From: a virus
Taxonomy: Duplodnaviria > Caudoviricetes
Virus record (IMG/VR): IMGVR_UViG_3300044695_004869
DNA length: 64,000 nt
Reading direction: 5' to 3' (one strand)
The position numbers and the translations under genes were made by a program. Position 1 is the stretch's first letter, and each line of letters begins with the position of its first letter. Below the pieces are notes generated by a model. That model was not told where the DNA came from, made no database searches, and saw only the letters and a list, made by a program, of their open reading frames with translations. Positions 1 through 8,968 of the stretch are shown in pieces.

Positions 1-244
1 ATGGATATTTAACATTTTGTTTGTTTGATTTTGGTATACCGTCACTATTTTGACTACCAAATGGTGGTATTAATACAAAACTATTTGCTTGATTATAAGT
101 ACTAGAAACTTTATCGTAAGAAACTTCACTATCTCCAATTTGGAAATATGATATATTGAAATTGCCTTGAGACATTTTCAATCTACCTGTATCTGTCATT
201 CTAGTGTTAACAAGTCCTGATGTATTTTTTATTATATATGCCAT
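1..244 (-). CDS. 5' part of a virion structural protein (tail-fibre/baseplate-type N-terminus); runs off the left edge
   Basis: Not in the ORF track. Manual translation from ATG at 244 gives MAYIIKNTSGLVNTRMTDTGRLKMSQGNFNISYFQIGDSEVSY..., open to position 1. The TD.GR...G.F.I..F..GD.EV.Y pattern resembles fibre/baseplate attachment N-termini. TATTTATA lies 6 nt upstream. Confidence 0.7.
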   Translation of the reverse strand, partial: MAYIIKNTSGLVNTRMTDTGRLKMSQGNFNISYFQIGDSEVSYDKVSSTYNQANSFVLIPPFGSQNSDGIPKSNKQNVKYP

Positions 245-250
245 TTTGTA

Positions 251-258
251 TATAAATA
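251..258 (-). promoter_or_regulatory. TATTTATA late-promoter-like motif
   Basis: Same motif recurs upstream of most structural genes in the window. Confidence 0.5.
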
Positions 259-263
259 GTTAA

Positions 264-2327
264 TTATTGAATTTTTGGTGGTTTAGGATTAACAACTCTT
301 ATTGTATCACAATCATTATTAATTCTCACATTGTTTATGAAAATATAATATGATGAAGTTGCAACAAAACAATGTGGTGTTGGTAATATAGGTGAAATCG
401 TGTTAGTAAATGACCCACCTATTGTTGTTCCAAATGTCATATTTAAACTAACCCAAGTAAATTGTTTTGTTGTATTATATTGGAATGATCCTTGACAAGG
501 GAATGGTTGTGGTATTGGTGAAAGTTGATTCAATACCGGTGGTGGGGTATAAAGAACTGGAACACCATTAACATTTAAAGTAACCGTATTATTATAAGTC
601 GCACTTGATGGAGAAGGACCAACATTAAACGTATTTTGATGTATAACATCAAAAGTAACTGTAGTACCAATAGGTAATGAAGGAGAAATACTCACTCCAA
701 ATGTATTACCAGGTAAATAAGACATAGTTAAAATATAATTAACGGATAGTGTTGGAGCAGATAAAGACACAGTTTCTGTATATGTAAATCCTGAAGAATC
801 TCTTACATAAACAACATAAGTACCTTGACATAAATTATTATAAATTGTTGTTGGTGCGTAAGTACTTCCCCCATTAATTGAATAGGTATATGGTGGTGTA
901 CCACCAAAAGGAGTTAATAACAAACTTCCATCACACCCACATTCCGGATTATTAACAACTATATTTAAATTAGGGGTACTTATTAGTTGACATAACCCTA
1001 AAACCGCAGTTATTGATAATATTCTATTTGGTAATGTTGACCCTAAAGAATCCCAACCACTAAGTGGTGGTGTGGCAGGATTTGTATTAATTATTTGACC
1101 TGTAGTCCAACCAGATATTTCCCATTGATTATTTGATTCATTCCAAACAATATCTAACCCATCCGTAATATCTGTCCAAGTAGGATAATCCCCAATATAT
1201 CCATTAAAATCAAATTGATAATATTCCACAAAAGAAGTTTGTTTATCCCCTCTAATAATTGTAATACATATATCTTCATAAGATGGTAAAGGTTCTTGAG
1301 TTGTTGTTGTGGTGGTGATTGGTGTTTCAGCACTTAAAATACAAGTGGTATACGCCGTAAAATCACCATAATAATCAGTAACGACTGAACTATATTCCCC
1401 CACACCAATATTACTTAAAGATTGAGATAAAGATCCATTTTCCCAAACAACTTCATATGGAGGAGTTCCCCCTGTTATTCCTAAAGTTATTGCCCCATCA
1501 AAAGAATCCGCACTTGTAGGATCCACGGTAAAACATTCAACCCCAAGAGGAAAAATAGTTATTACAGAACATTCATTTTTTGGTTCAATTGGTGGGATAG
1601 GGGGGGCAAATGTTGTTGTGGTTGTTACAACGGGTTCAGTTGTTGTAGTTGTAATTACAGGACAATCAGGACAATCACCATTATTAATTACCTGAACATC
1701 CCCACCTAAAATTTTAATCCCACTTGAACTACATAATGAAATACCTGTTTGGTATTGAATAAAATATGGTGATTTTTTAGTTTCACCACAACAAGGTGTA
1801 AATTCAATTGAAGTTTTAACATTTGGTGCCGATTGGTTAGTTACAAAATAATTTACACAACAACTGTGATCAACAATACAGTTATTACAACTATTATATG
1901 GGGTACTATCAAAAGAAACAACACTAACATTTTCAGACCCATTTACACTACAAGAATGTGTATTTACGCTACCGATACTTATTAACTCATAACAACCTGT
2001 TTTATAGTTATTAGGATTTGACGATGAGATCGCCTGATCAAAATATATTGTGTCACCAATTTGATAAGTACTAAACGGATATTGATCACTTCCATCAAAA
2101 TCAATAATCTCCCCGTTACAACAACTTTGAAAACAATACCTGAAATCCTCTTTACCTAAATTAAGTACCGTAATAAATACGGCTGGCGACACAACACTAT
2201 TACCATTTATATAATAAGAAACATTTGGTAATAAATCCATTGATTTACTAACCCCATTACCATCAACAAATGTGAAGTTATTGTATATAACCGGGTTTAT
2301 ATTTTCTACCTTATATATTATCGCCAT
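264..2327 (-). CDS. Cys-rich modular virion decoration/adhesin protein with two SprB-like repeats and poly-Thr linkers
   Basis: DGAITLGITGGTPPYEVVWENG and CDGSLLLTPFGGTPPYTYSING...NLCQGTYVVYVRDSSG match SprB-type repeats. TTTTT linkers are present, and two Cys modules are shared with other ORFs in the window. Confidence 0.7.
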   Translation of the reverse strand: MAIIYKVENINPVIYNNFTFVDGNGVSKSMDLLPNVSYYINGNSVVSPAVFITVLNLGKEDFRYCFQSCCNGEIIDFDGSDQYPFSTYQIGDTIYFDQAISSSNPNNYKTGCYELISIGSVNTHSCSVNGSENVSVVSFDSTPYNSCNNCIVDHSCCVNYFVTNQSAPNVKTSIEFTPCCGETKKSPYFIQYQTGISLCSSSGIKILGGDVQVINNGDCPDCPVITTTTTEPVVTTTTTFAPPIPPIEPKNECSVITIFPLGVECFTVDPTSADSFDGAITLGITGGTPPYEVVWENGSLSQSLSNIGVGEYSSVVTDYYGDFTAYTTCILSAETPITTTTTTQEPLPSYEDICITIIRGDKQTSFVEYYQFDFNGYIGDYPTWTDITDGLDIVWNESNNQWEISGWTTGQIINTNPATPPLSGWDSLGSTLPNRILSITAVLGLCQLISTPNLNIVVNNPECGCDGSLLLTPFGGTPPYTYSINGGSTYAPTTIYNNLCQGTYVVYVRDSSGFTYTETVSLSAPTLSVNYILTMSYLPGNTFGVSISPSLPIGTTVTFDVIHQNTFNVGPSPSSATYNNTVTLNVNGVPVLYTPPPVLNQLSPIPQPFPCQGSFQYNTTKQFTWVSLNMTFGTTIGGSFTNTISPILPTPHCFVATSSYYIFINNVRINNDCDTIRVVNPKPPKIQ

Positions 2328-2355
2328 TTAAGTTATTTGTTTAATATATAAATAA

Positions 2356-3336
2356 TCAATTTATTGTTTTTTGAATAAATGATTTCATTACTTCAATATA
2401 TTTTATTGTAGTACTGTTCTTTTCAATGTAATCAAAATGTGATGGATTCTCTTTCAATTTTTCTATTGGATCAACATTTATATATTCACCCTTATAAAAT
2501 TTAGTACCTCTCAAATTATCCGTAACTCCAGCCATATGTAAAATTGGTCTTTCTTCGTAGATTTTTATATCATCTGTCGCCCAAGAAAAATTTAAATCAT
2601 CCACTACTTTGGTTTCATAATTATGTAACCATAAATTCCATAATAAAGACCACATTTCCGCAGTCCAAAATTGTATTTCACCAGGACTTATTGGATGTCT
2701 TTTATGATAATCATGCATTTGTTTATATAATGGAACACAATCTAAATATATTTTTTCCCAAAGTTCATACGTCATATTTTTTAACAAATATTGACCACCA
2801 CCCGAACTTTCTTGATTTGTTTTTATGACATCAACATCCAAACCAACAACATCCGCCATTTCTTTTAATAATTGACCTTTTTCTGATTTAGGATGAGCTC
2901 TTTCATATCTATCACAACAATCGGTTATATAATTGTATCCAATATAACCTATGGTGTCAGATAAATAACAAACATTATCTTTCATCAATTTATCAAAATC
3001 AGGCAATTCCCTAAAAATAATGTCGGCATCATGTAAGAAAAATACTTCACCATATTGGGGATGTTCATATAACCATCTTGATATTAAATATGGTTTAATA
3101 CTTGGGATATAATTTTTACCAATTCTTTCATCATAATAAAAATGTACATTAAACCCATAATCACATAATTCTAAAGCCCCTTGTGATGGTTCTTTTTGTC
3201 CATTAGTTAATCCGAAAATAACGTGAATTTGACATGGGTTAATTCCTTTTTCAATAAAATTATGAGTATAAAGTTTTACTTGCCAATGAAAATATGGTAC
3301 GTCAGGTTGGGCAGTAACAAAAATGATATCCTTCAT
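2356..3336 (-). CDS. Putative GT-A protein O-glycosyltransferase (SERGT1/GT96- or HPAT/GT95-like)
   Basis: Ordered motifs YFHWQ, YIPSIKP..I..WL, FLHDADIIFR (DxD), SGGG, FWTAEMW, KVVDDL and PILH parallel those recalled for plant peptidyl-serine alpha-galactosyltransferase. No signal peptide or transmembrane segment is seen. Confidence 0.65.
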   Translation of the reverse strand: MKDIIFVTAQPDVPYFHWQVKLYTHNFIEKGINPCQIHVIFGLTNGQKEPSQGALELCDYGFNVHFYYDERIGKNYIPSIKPYLISRWLYEHPQYGEVFFLHDADIIFRELPDFDKLMKDNVCYLSDTIGYIGYNYITDCCDRYERAHPKSEKGQLLKEMADVVGLDVDVIKTNQESSGGGQYLLKNMTYELWEKIYLDCVPLYKQMHDYHKRHPISPGEIQFWTAEMWSLLWNLWLHNYETKVVDDLNFSWATDDIKIYEERPILHMAGVTDNLRGTKFYKGEYINVDPIEKLKENPSHFDYIEKNSTTIKYIEVMKSFIQKTIN

Positions 3337-3377
3337 GATATAAAAGATATGTAACTTTTTAATAAAGTGAATTTATT

Positions 3378-5954
3378 TTACGCACTACAACTATAAGATG
3401 CAATACAAGCATCACAATCTCCAACAAATGTTATACCCGACCAACTTAAGTTAGGGGATTGAGGGTCTAATGATTGTACTTCGTAACATTGATTATCTGT
3501 ACCAATTATAATAGATCCAAGAGATGTGGATGTTGGTAAAATTACCCATTTTTTAGTTACACTGTCACAACAATATATTACCTCAAATACCGAGAAATCA
3601 CCACTTTTTGTTGGTGTCATAGTTGGGGTTTTAGTTACTGTTGGGGTTAGAGTTTTAGTTACTGTTGGAGTAGGTGTTAGAGTTTTAGTTACTGTTGGTG
3701 TTAGAGTTTTAGTTATTGTTGGAGTTGGTGTTAATGTGTTTGTTGGTGTAATAGTTGGTGTTGGTGTTATTGTTGGAGTTGGGGGTGTAACGTCACATTG
3801 TACACAAGAAATATCATAATTAATGATTAAATTAATAATGACTTTAGCATCCGCTAGTGTGTTAAATTTTGTTGGGTTACAACTTTTGTTAACATCTTTA
3901 CAATCATTAACTATAGTTATTTTATTTTTGGTAATATCTATATCTACTTCACCAATATCGGGGTAAGATAATAACACACTCTTTACAATATTAGCCCATT
4001 CAGTATCTGTTGGGTAATCATATATTCCTGTTGAGGTATAAAATAAATTTTGTTTAACCTCTCCATTAACAATTGTTTCAATTATAAATTGACCACTATT
4101 AACAATACAATTTAGATCATTTTCTGTCAAATCAAAAAACCCTTCATTATACATTTGACCAATACCTCTTCTACCATCAATTCCACTATTAACAAAATTA
4201 GTATCACTTATGTTATAAACCTGATAATTACCTAAAAGTATTGTCCCACTTAAAACAACAGTTTTATTATATGTACACCCAGAACTATCCACAACTTGTA
4301 AACTATATGTCCCGGCACTTAAATTTGTCACAGTTGATCCAGTTTGTAAATTTACATTTGAGGACCAATTATAGGTAAATGGTGGTGTACCACTACTAAT
4401 AAAAGCAATTATTTGACCATCATTACCATTAACAGGTTGAATTGTTAATAAATTAAAAAATACAGAACTTGATGGTCCGACATATGTTGTTGTAATTTGT
4501 GAACATCCATTCGCGTCTGTGACAGTAACTGTATAAAATCCTGATGGTAAGTTATTATAACTATTAATAGGTGAAACCGCATATCCTGTTATTTGATAAC
4601 TATATGGTAATGTTCCACCAGTCGTAGTTAATATCTGAATAGACCCATTATTTAATCCACAAGTTGTATTAGTTGTTAACGCCGTTATTGAAAATAAATT
4701 AACATTTGTAATAGTTGCCGACCCCGTATAAACACAACCCGAATTATTATCTATTAATATTGTATATGTATCTGAAGGTAAATTACTAAAAGTAGCATTA
4801 GTTCCAACCGTAATAGCATTAACCGTATTACCTGAAGAATCCAATATTGTATAAGTAAAAGTACCTGTTGGGGACCCGGTGTTTACTAAAATATTTATAG
4901 TTCCATTATTACCACAATTTGAGTTTGTTGATGTTATGGATGATACCGCAAATCCATTTGGTGTTATTAACGATATTGATTGAGTGTCGCTACATAATCC
5001 CGCATCTTTAACCGTAACTACTAAAGTACCCGAAGGTAGGTTATCAAACGTATAAGTGTTAGAAAAAGTTATTGACGTATCACCATTAGATCCCGAAAAA
5101 AAGAATGGAGCTGTTCCACCAGTTACCGTCACTTCAACGGCACCATCACTATTAAAACACGTACTTCCGGTCGTTGTAAATGACGCAATTCCTATAGGTG
5201 GTACATTATTAACAGATGCCCCCTCTGTAACAGAACATCCATTTGAATCTGTAACAGTAACGGTATAAAACCCAACAGTTAATCCCGTTGCCGTTGATCC
5301 AGTTTGACCATTACTCCAAAGATATGTGTACGGTCCAACACCTGTTTGACCCGTAACAAATATTTTACCTGATCCACCGGAAACATTACAACTAGCATCA
5401 TCAACAACATAAAACCCATAATCTAAAGTTGTTGATGTTAAAATAACAACACTTGCACTTAATCCTGTACAACCACCACCATCATCACCAATTATATAAT
5501 AAGTTCCTCCCGATAAGTTTGTAAATGTTAATCCACTTGTTGATGTTGCTCCACTAGTTATATAACCATTTGTTGTTTCATATAATAATCCGGTGCCGTA
5601 ACCATAAAAAGGCGTAAATCCAAAAGTTATTTCACCATTATCAACCCCACAAGTAGTATTTAATGCCGATTCAACACTTATTGTTGATCCTGAAGATATT
5701 GGTATATTAAGATATTCGGTAGTCGCACCAGAAAGACAAGAATCTTGTATCGCTAAAACATAGGTATCGGCAGAAAGACCACTATAATAATATGTGGTTG
5801 TTGCCGCGGATGTTGGTAATAATCCTGTTGATGTAACCTCATAAACAGTATACGGAGACGCACCTCCCGCTATTTCAACATAGATTTCACCAACGTTTGT
5901 ATTAGTACAATCGCCGGTTATGTATAAATTATATAGTATTTGTCCACAACTCAC
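3378..5954 (-). CDS. SprB-repeat virion adhesin/fibre with a (TP)n mucin-like stalk and C-terminal Cys-rich module
   Basis: About 7 SprB-like repeats (e.g. GVGPYTYLWSNGQTGSTATGLTVGFYTVTVTDSNGC), a roughly 60-aa Thr/Pro tract and a CC..CY..C..C..C tail. The GTG start overlaps the upstream TGA. Confidence 0.75.
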   Translation of the reverse strand: MSCGQILYNLYITGDCTNTNVGEIYVEIAGGASPYTVYEVTSTGLLPTSAATTTYYYSGLSADTYVLAIQDSCLSGATTEYLNIPISSGSTISVESALNTTCGVDNGEITFGFTPFYGYGTGLLYETTNGYITSGATSTSGLTFTNLSGGTYYIIGDDGGGCTGLSASVVILTSTTLDYGFYVVDDASCNVSGGSGKIFVTGQTGVGPYTYLWSNGQTGSTATGLTVGFYTVTVTDSNGCSVTEGASVNNVPPIGIASFTTTGSTCFNSDGAVEVTVTGGTAPFFFSGSNGDTSITFSNTYTFDNLPSGTLVVTVKDAGLCSDTQSISLITPNGFAVSSITSTNSNCGNNGTINILVNTGSPTGTFTYTILDSSGNTVNAITVGTNATFSNLPSDTYTILIDNNSGCVYTGSATITNVNLFSITALTTNTTCGLNNGSIQILTTTGGTLPYSYQITGYAVSPINSYNNLPSGFYTVTVTDANGCSQITTTYVGPSSSVFFNLLTIQPVNGNDGQIIAFISSGTPPFTYNWSSNVNLQTGSTVTNLSAGTYSLQVVDSSGCTYNKTVVLSGTILLGNYQVYNISDTNFVNSGIDGRRGIGQMYNEGFFDLTENDLNCIVNSGQFIIETIVNGEVKQNLFYTSTGIYDYPTDTEWANIVKSVLLSYPDIGEVDIDITKNKITIVNDCKDVNKSCNPTKFNTLADAKVIINLIINYDISCVQCDVTPPTPTITPTPTITPTNTLTPTPTITKTLTPTVTKTLTPTPTVTKTLTPTVTKTPTMTPTKSGDFSVFEVIYCCDSVTKKWVILPTSTSLGSIIIGTDNQCYEVQSLDPQSPNLSWSGITFVGDCDACIASYSCSA
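3600..3790 (-). repeat. Degenerate coding tandem repeat encoding TPTPTITKTLTPT-type units
   Basis: Repeated gttactgttgg/agagtttta units on the plus strand, translating to a Thr/Pro tract. Confidence 0.9.
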
Positions 5955-8900
5955 GGATTACATAGTATATCAAAGTTTATCCCAACATTTAATTCAAAGT
6001 TTTGGGTAGTATCTAACGGTAAACAGTTATTATTATATATAGTTATAGTTTGATCATCGGTGTTAATAATATAATCCAAACCATAATCAAGTAAACCAAC
6101 TAAAGCGTCATATAGACCATTAATCCAGTCATTTGCCGTTGGAACACTTAACGATGGGTTTGAATATCCAACACCATTAAAGAATTCATAAATTATTATT
6201 GGTGTCCCGTCAATTCTAATATCAATATACCAATCACTTTCCAATGTATTCAATAAACAATCATTATTAATATCCACATTAATATCATTTCCATAAGTGG
6301 TTAATGAACTACCTAAAAGAGCCCCAAAAGACGTAATAGATGGATTTGTATCCCAAGGATATAATCCAACAACAGTTTGCTGTACAGGACAGTCATATGA
6401 GAATATTTGAGTAATTAACTTACAAGGTTTACAAGGGACAGGAATAATTTCACAACCTCTTTGTCTTCTCCACACAAATTTTTGTCTGTGGAAAATTGAA
6501 TTCTCGTACTTAACACCAGTATTCCATATTGTTGTTGCCGGAATCATTTGTTCAACTAATCTAATCCAATAATCGCCCATACCATTAACATAATCAATCA
6601 TTGTTTGATAATTGAAGTTATCGTTAGGAACATTAATTGCTTGTTCGGACTCTAAATATTTCCAATATATTGATGATAATGTTGGATATCCACTAGTTTT
6701 ACCATCGGTCATAAACTGTCTATTCCTTACATTTATCATATTCTTCCAAAACGTTTGAGCAAACTCAAAAAATGTTTTTTGTTTTGGTTTTGGTACTATT
6801 ACCGTCCAATCTATACCTCCTCTGTTTGGATATTCAATATTTGGATATGGATTACAATAAGTGGGGTCTACATAGAATAAACCTTGTTCCGGTATTGGGT
6901 AATTATATCTTCTTGACATTGACCAAACATCATAAACCAACCCTTGAGCAGGATTCATAAAAAGATCAACATTTTTTACATTTATAACCAATCTATCATC
7001 AGAAACCCCATAGTAAGCATTAAAGTTACCATCAAAATTTTTTCTTAGATATTTTTCATTATCAGTCCAACTTTTTTTGTTATCCACAGTTTTTCTAAGG
7101 TTAAACCCTAAGTTCATATAAGGGAAACTACGATATCTTTCCAAATATTCTTGACCATAATTAAATGGTAATAATTTTGTTTGATAATTAGGGTTAGCCC
7201 CCGTAAACACACTATTTGTTAAATCTACTTGTTCCGGCATCCTATGTTGTGGGGTTGATTCAAACCAACCTCCTCCAATTTGAAAGAAATACGTATCTGT
7301 TGGTACAGGCATACTTGGGAAACCATAACTATCAATCGGATAATCATTTATCGTTAATGATACATCCTGACTAATTGTTGTTGTTGTAAACCCTGTGTAC
7401 TGAACACCCATTATAGAAAACAAATCATTCGTATCTAAAACAGGTAATTCTTGGGAATAAGTTCCTCCCGATATTTGAGCATATTGTATATTAAATTGTC
7501 TTAAATTAATTTTTTGATCAGCAACATATACGTGTTCATTAAATTCAGTTAATGCTTCAGGAGCTCCAACCATTCTTAATAAAATTTCTATTGATTTTCT
7601 TGTACCTTTTGATTTGAATAAAAAAGCGGAATTTAATATTAAGTTTCTAAAATATTGGTAGTTTAATTCCTCAGGTGTTTGACCTTGAGGCAAACCTGTA
7701 AAAGCATTACTACCGTCACTAAATACAGCATTTAATAACTGATCATTAGTGATCGGGGATATGTTAATATTCCACCCTAGTGTTTGTGCTAAGTTTTTAA
7801 GTAATTGTGATGGTATATCATTTTTAACATTATAATTAACTGAATTCATGTTGGCAAGAGCCGTAATGAATTTTCTTGTCTCATCAAAACTTCTACCATA
7901 AATTTGTAAAACCTTTTCCATTTTTCTATCCGAAGTATCAAATTCTTTGATTGCATCTGCGGTTAAAAATCTTGTTATTAAGTTAGTTTTATATAAATCA
8001 ATATATTCAGCAATGGTATTTAATTTTGTTAAATAGTTTGTAAATTTTGGTGAAACAATATCTAAGTTCCACGTACCAATTAATGGAAATATTGCAACTT
8101 CTTGACCATATGAATATGTACCGTCTTCATTCTCTATAGGTACTTGAAAATACGCACTATAAATCGGAACCATGTTTCTATTAAGTAGGAAATTTTCTAC
8201 CTGATCTAAATTTTCATTAAAAACTTTATTTACATAAAGTTGTTTTGGTCTTATTAAGAAGTTATCACTACTTGTTGTATTACTTAAAAATGGATTACCA
8301 TTAACGTATATTTTAAAAACTGTATCTGTTGGTTGCGCAGGTATAAAATCAGAAACAGGATATTCAACATCATTTAAAAATAACGAGTATTTCAAATATT
8401 GAGTTGTAAAGTTTCTTAAATAAGAAACAGGAATTTCTCTTAGTTCTATATTTCTTGTGGCATCAACAGTGTAGTCAATACCAAATGGATTCCTAATAAC
8501 TGAAATAGGTATTTCAAAATATGTTTCATCCTCAACACTATTATATGATGCATTTTGTACTGTTAAAGATGTAACAAAATTAGGTTGAGTACTTTGTATG
8601 TCTAACGCAGCCGGAAAATAATTTATTATATTACTTACCGAAGTTGACATTCTTTTTGTTAAAGACCCAAACATGGTAAAATTAGTTACCTGACTTAAAT
8701 CAAAATTAGGATAAACCCTAAAATTATCGGCAATTAATTTTTTTGATTCCTCAATACTATTAATATTTAACGTATCTAAAGATATTGGATCAGAAAAAGA
8801 TCCTATAGAAAATGTTCTATTTTGTTTTTCGGTAATATTTGTTGTAAACTCAAAATTTGCTTGGGTAAGACCTCCCCCATCAACTAATTGTAACCCAACT

Positions 8901-8968
8901 AAGTTGTCAGAAAAAGTGCCTTGACCGCTGGCAGGCTGAGGAGGACATTTATATTTATTTACCGCCAT
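5951..8968 (-). CDS. Baseplate wedge / tail protein (P2 gpI / T4 gp7-like core)
   Basis: LLKNLAQTLGW...ILNSAFLFKSKGTRKSIEILLRMVG is the LA..LGW...KGT..I..L motif of gpI-like wedge proteins. It lies in the baseplate cluster. Confidence 0.65.
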   Translation of the reverse strand: MAVNKYKCPPQPASGQGTFSDNLVGLQLVDGGGLTQANFEFTTNITEKQNRTFSIGSFSDPISLDTLNINSIEESKKLIADNFRVYPNFDLSQVTNFTMFGSLTKRMSTSVSNIINYFPAALDIQSTQPNFVTSLTVQNASYNSVEDETYFEIPISVIRNPFGIDYTVDATRNIELREIPVSYLRNFTTQYLKYSLFLNDVEYPVSDFIPAQPTDTVFKIYVNGNPFLSNTTSSDNFLIRPKQLYVNKVFNENLDQVENFLLNRNMVPIYSAYFQVPIENEDGTYSYGQEVAIFPLIGTWNLDIVSPKFTNYLTKLNTIAEYIDLYKTNLITRFLTADAIKEFDTSDRKMEKVLQIYGRSFDETRKFITALANMNSVNYNVKNDIPSQLLKNLAQTLGWNINISPITNDQLLNAVFSDGSNAFTGLPQGQTPEELNYQYFRNLILNSAFLFKSKGTRKSIEILLRMVGAPEALTEFNEHVYVADQKINLRQFNIQYAQISGGTYSQELPVLDTNDLFSIMGVQYTGFTTTTISQDVSLTINDYPIDSYGFPSMPVPTDTYFFQIGGGWFESTPQHRMPEQVDLTNSVFTGANPNYQTKLLPFNYGQEYLERYRSFPYMNLGFNLRKTVDNKKSWTDNEKYLRKNFDGNFNAYYGVSDDRLVINVKNVDLFMNPAQGLVYDVWSMSRRYNYPIPEQGLFYVDPTYCNPYPNIEYPNRGGIDWTVIVPKPKQKTFFEFAQTFWKNMINVRNRQFMTDGKTSGYPTLSSIYWKYLESEQAINVPNDNFNYQTMIDYVNGMGDYWIRLVEQMIPATTIWNTGVKYENSIFHRQKFVWRRQRGCEIIPVPCKPCKLITQIFSYDCPVQQTVVGLYPWDTNPSITSFGALLGSSLTTYGNDINVDINNDCLLNTLESDWYIDIRIDGTPIIIYEFFNGVGYSNPSLSVPTANDWINGLYDALVGLLDYGLDYIINTDDQTITIYNNNCLPLDTTQNFELNVGINFDILCNP

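Noticed and set aside
3526-3819. Plus-strand ORFs made of VGV/VLV repeats (also 63478-63831 and 63590-63775)
   Set aside because: Antisense or alternative-frame shadows of the Thr/Pro codon repeats, with no independent coding signal.
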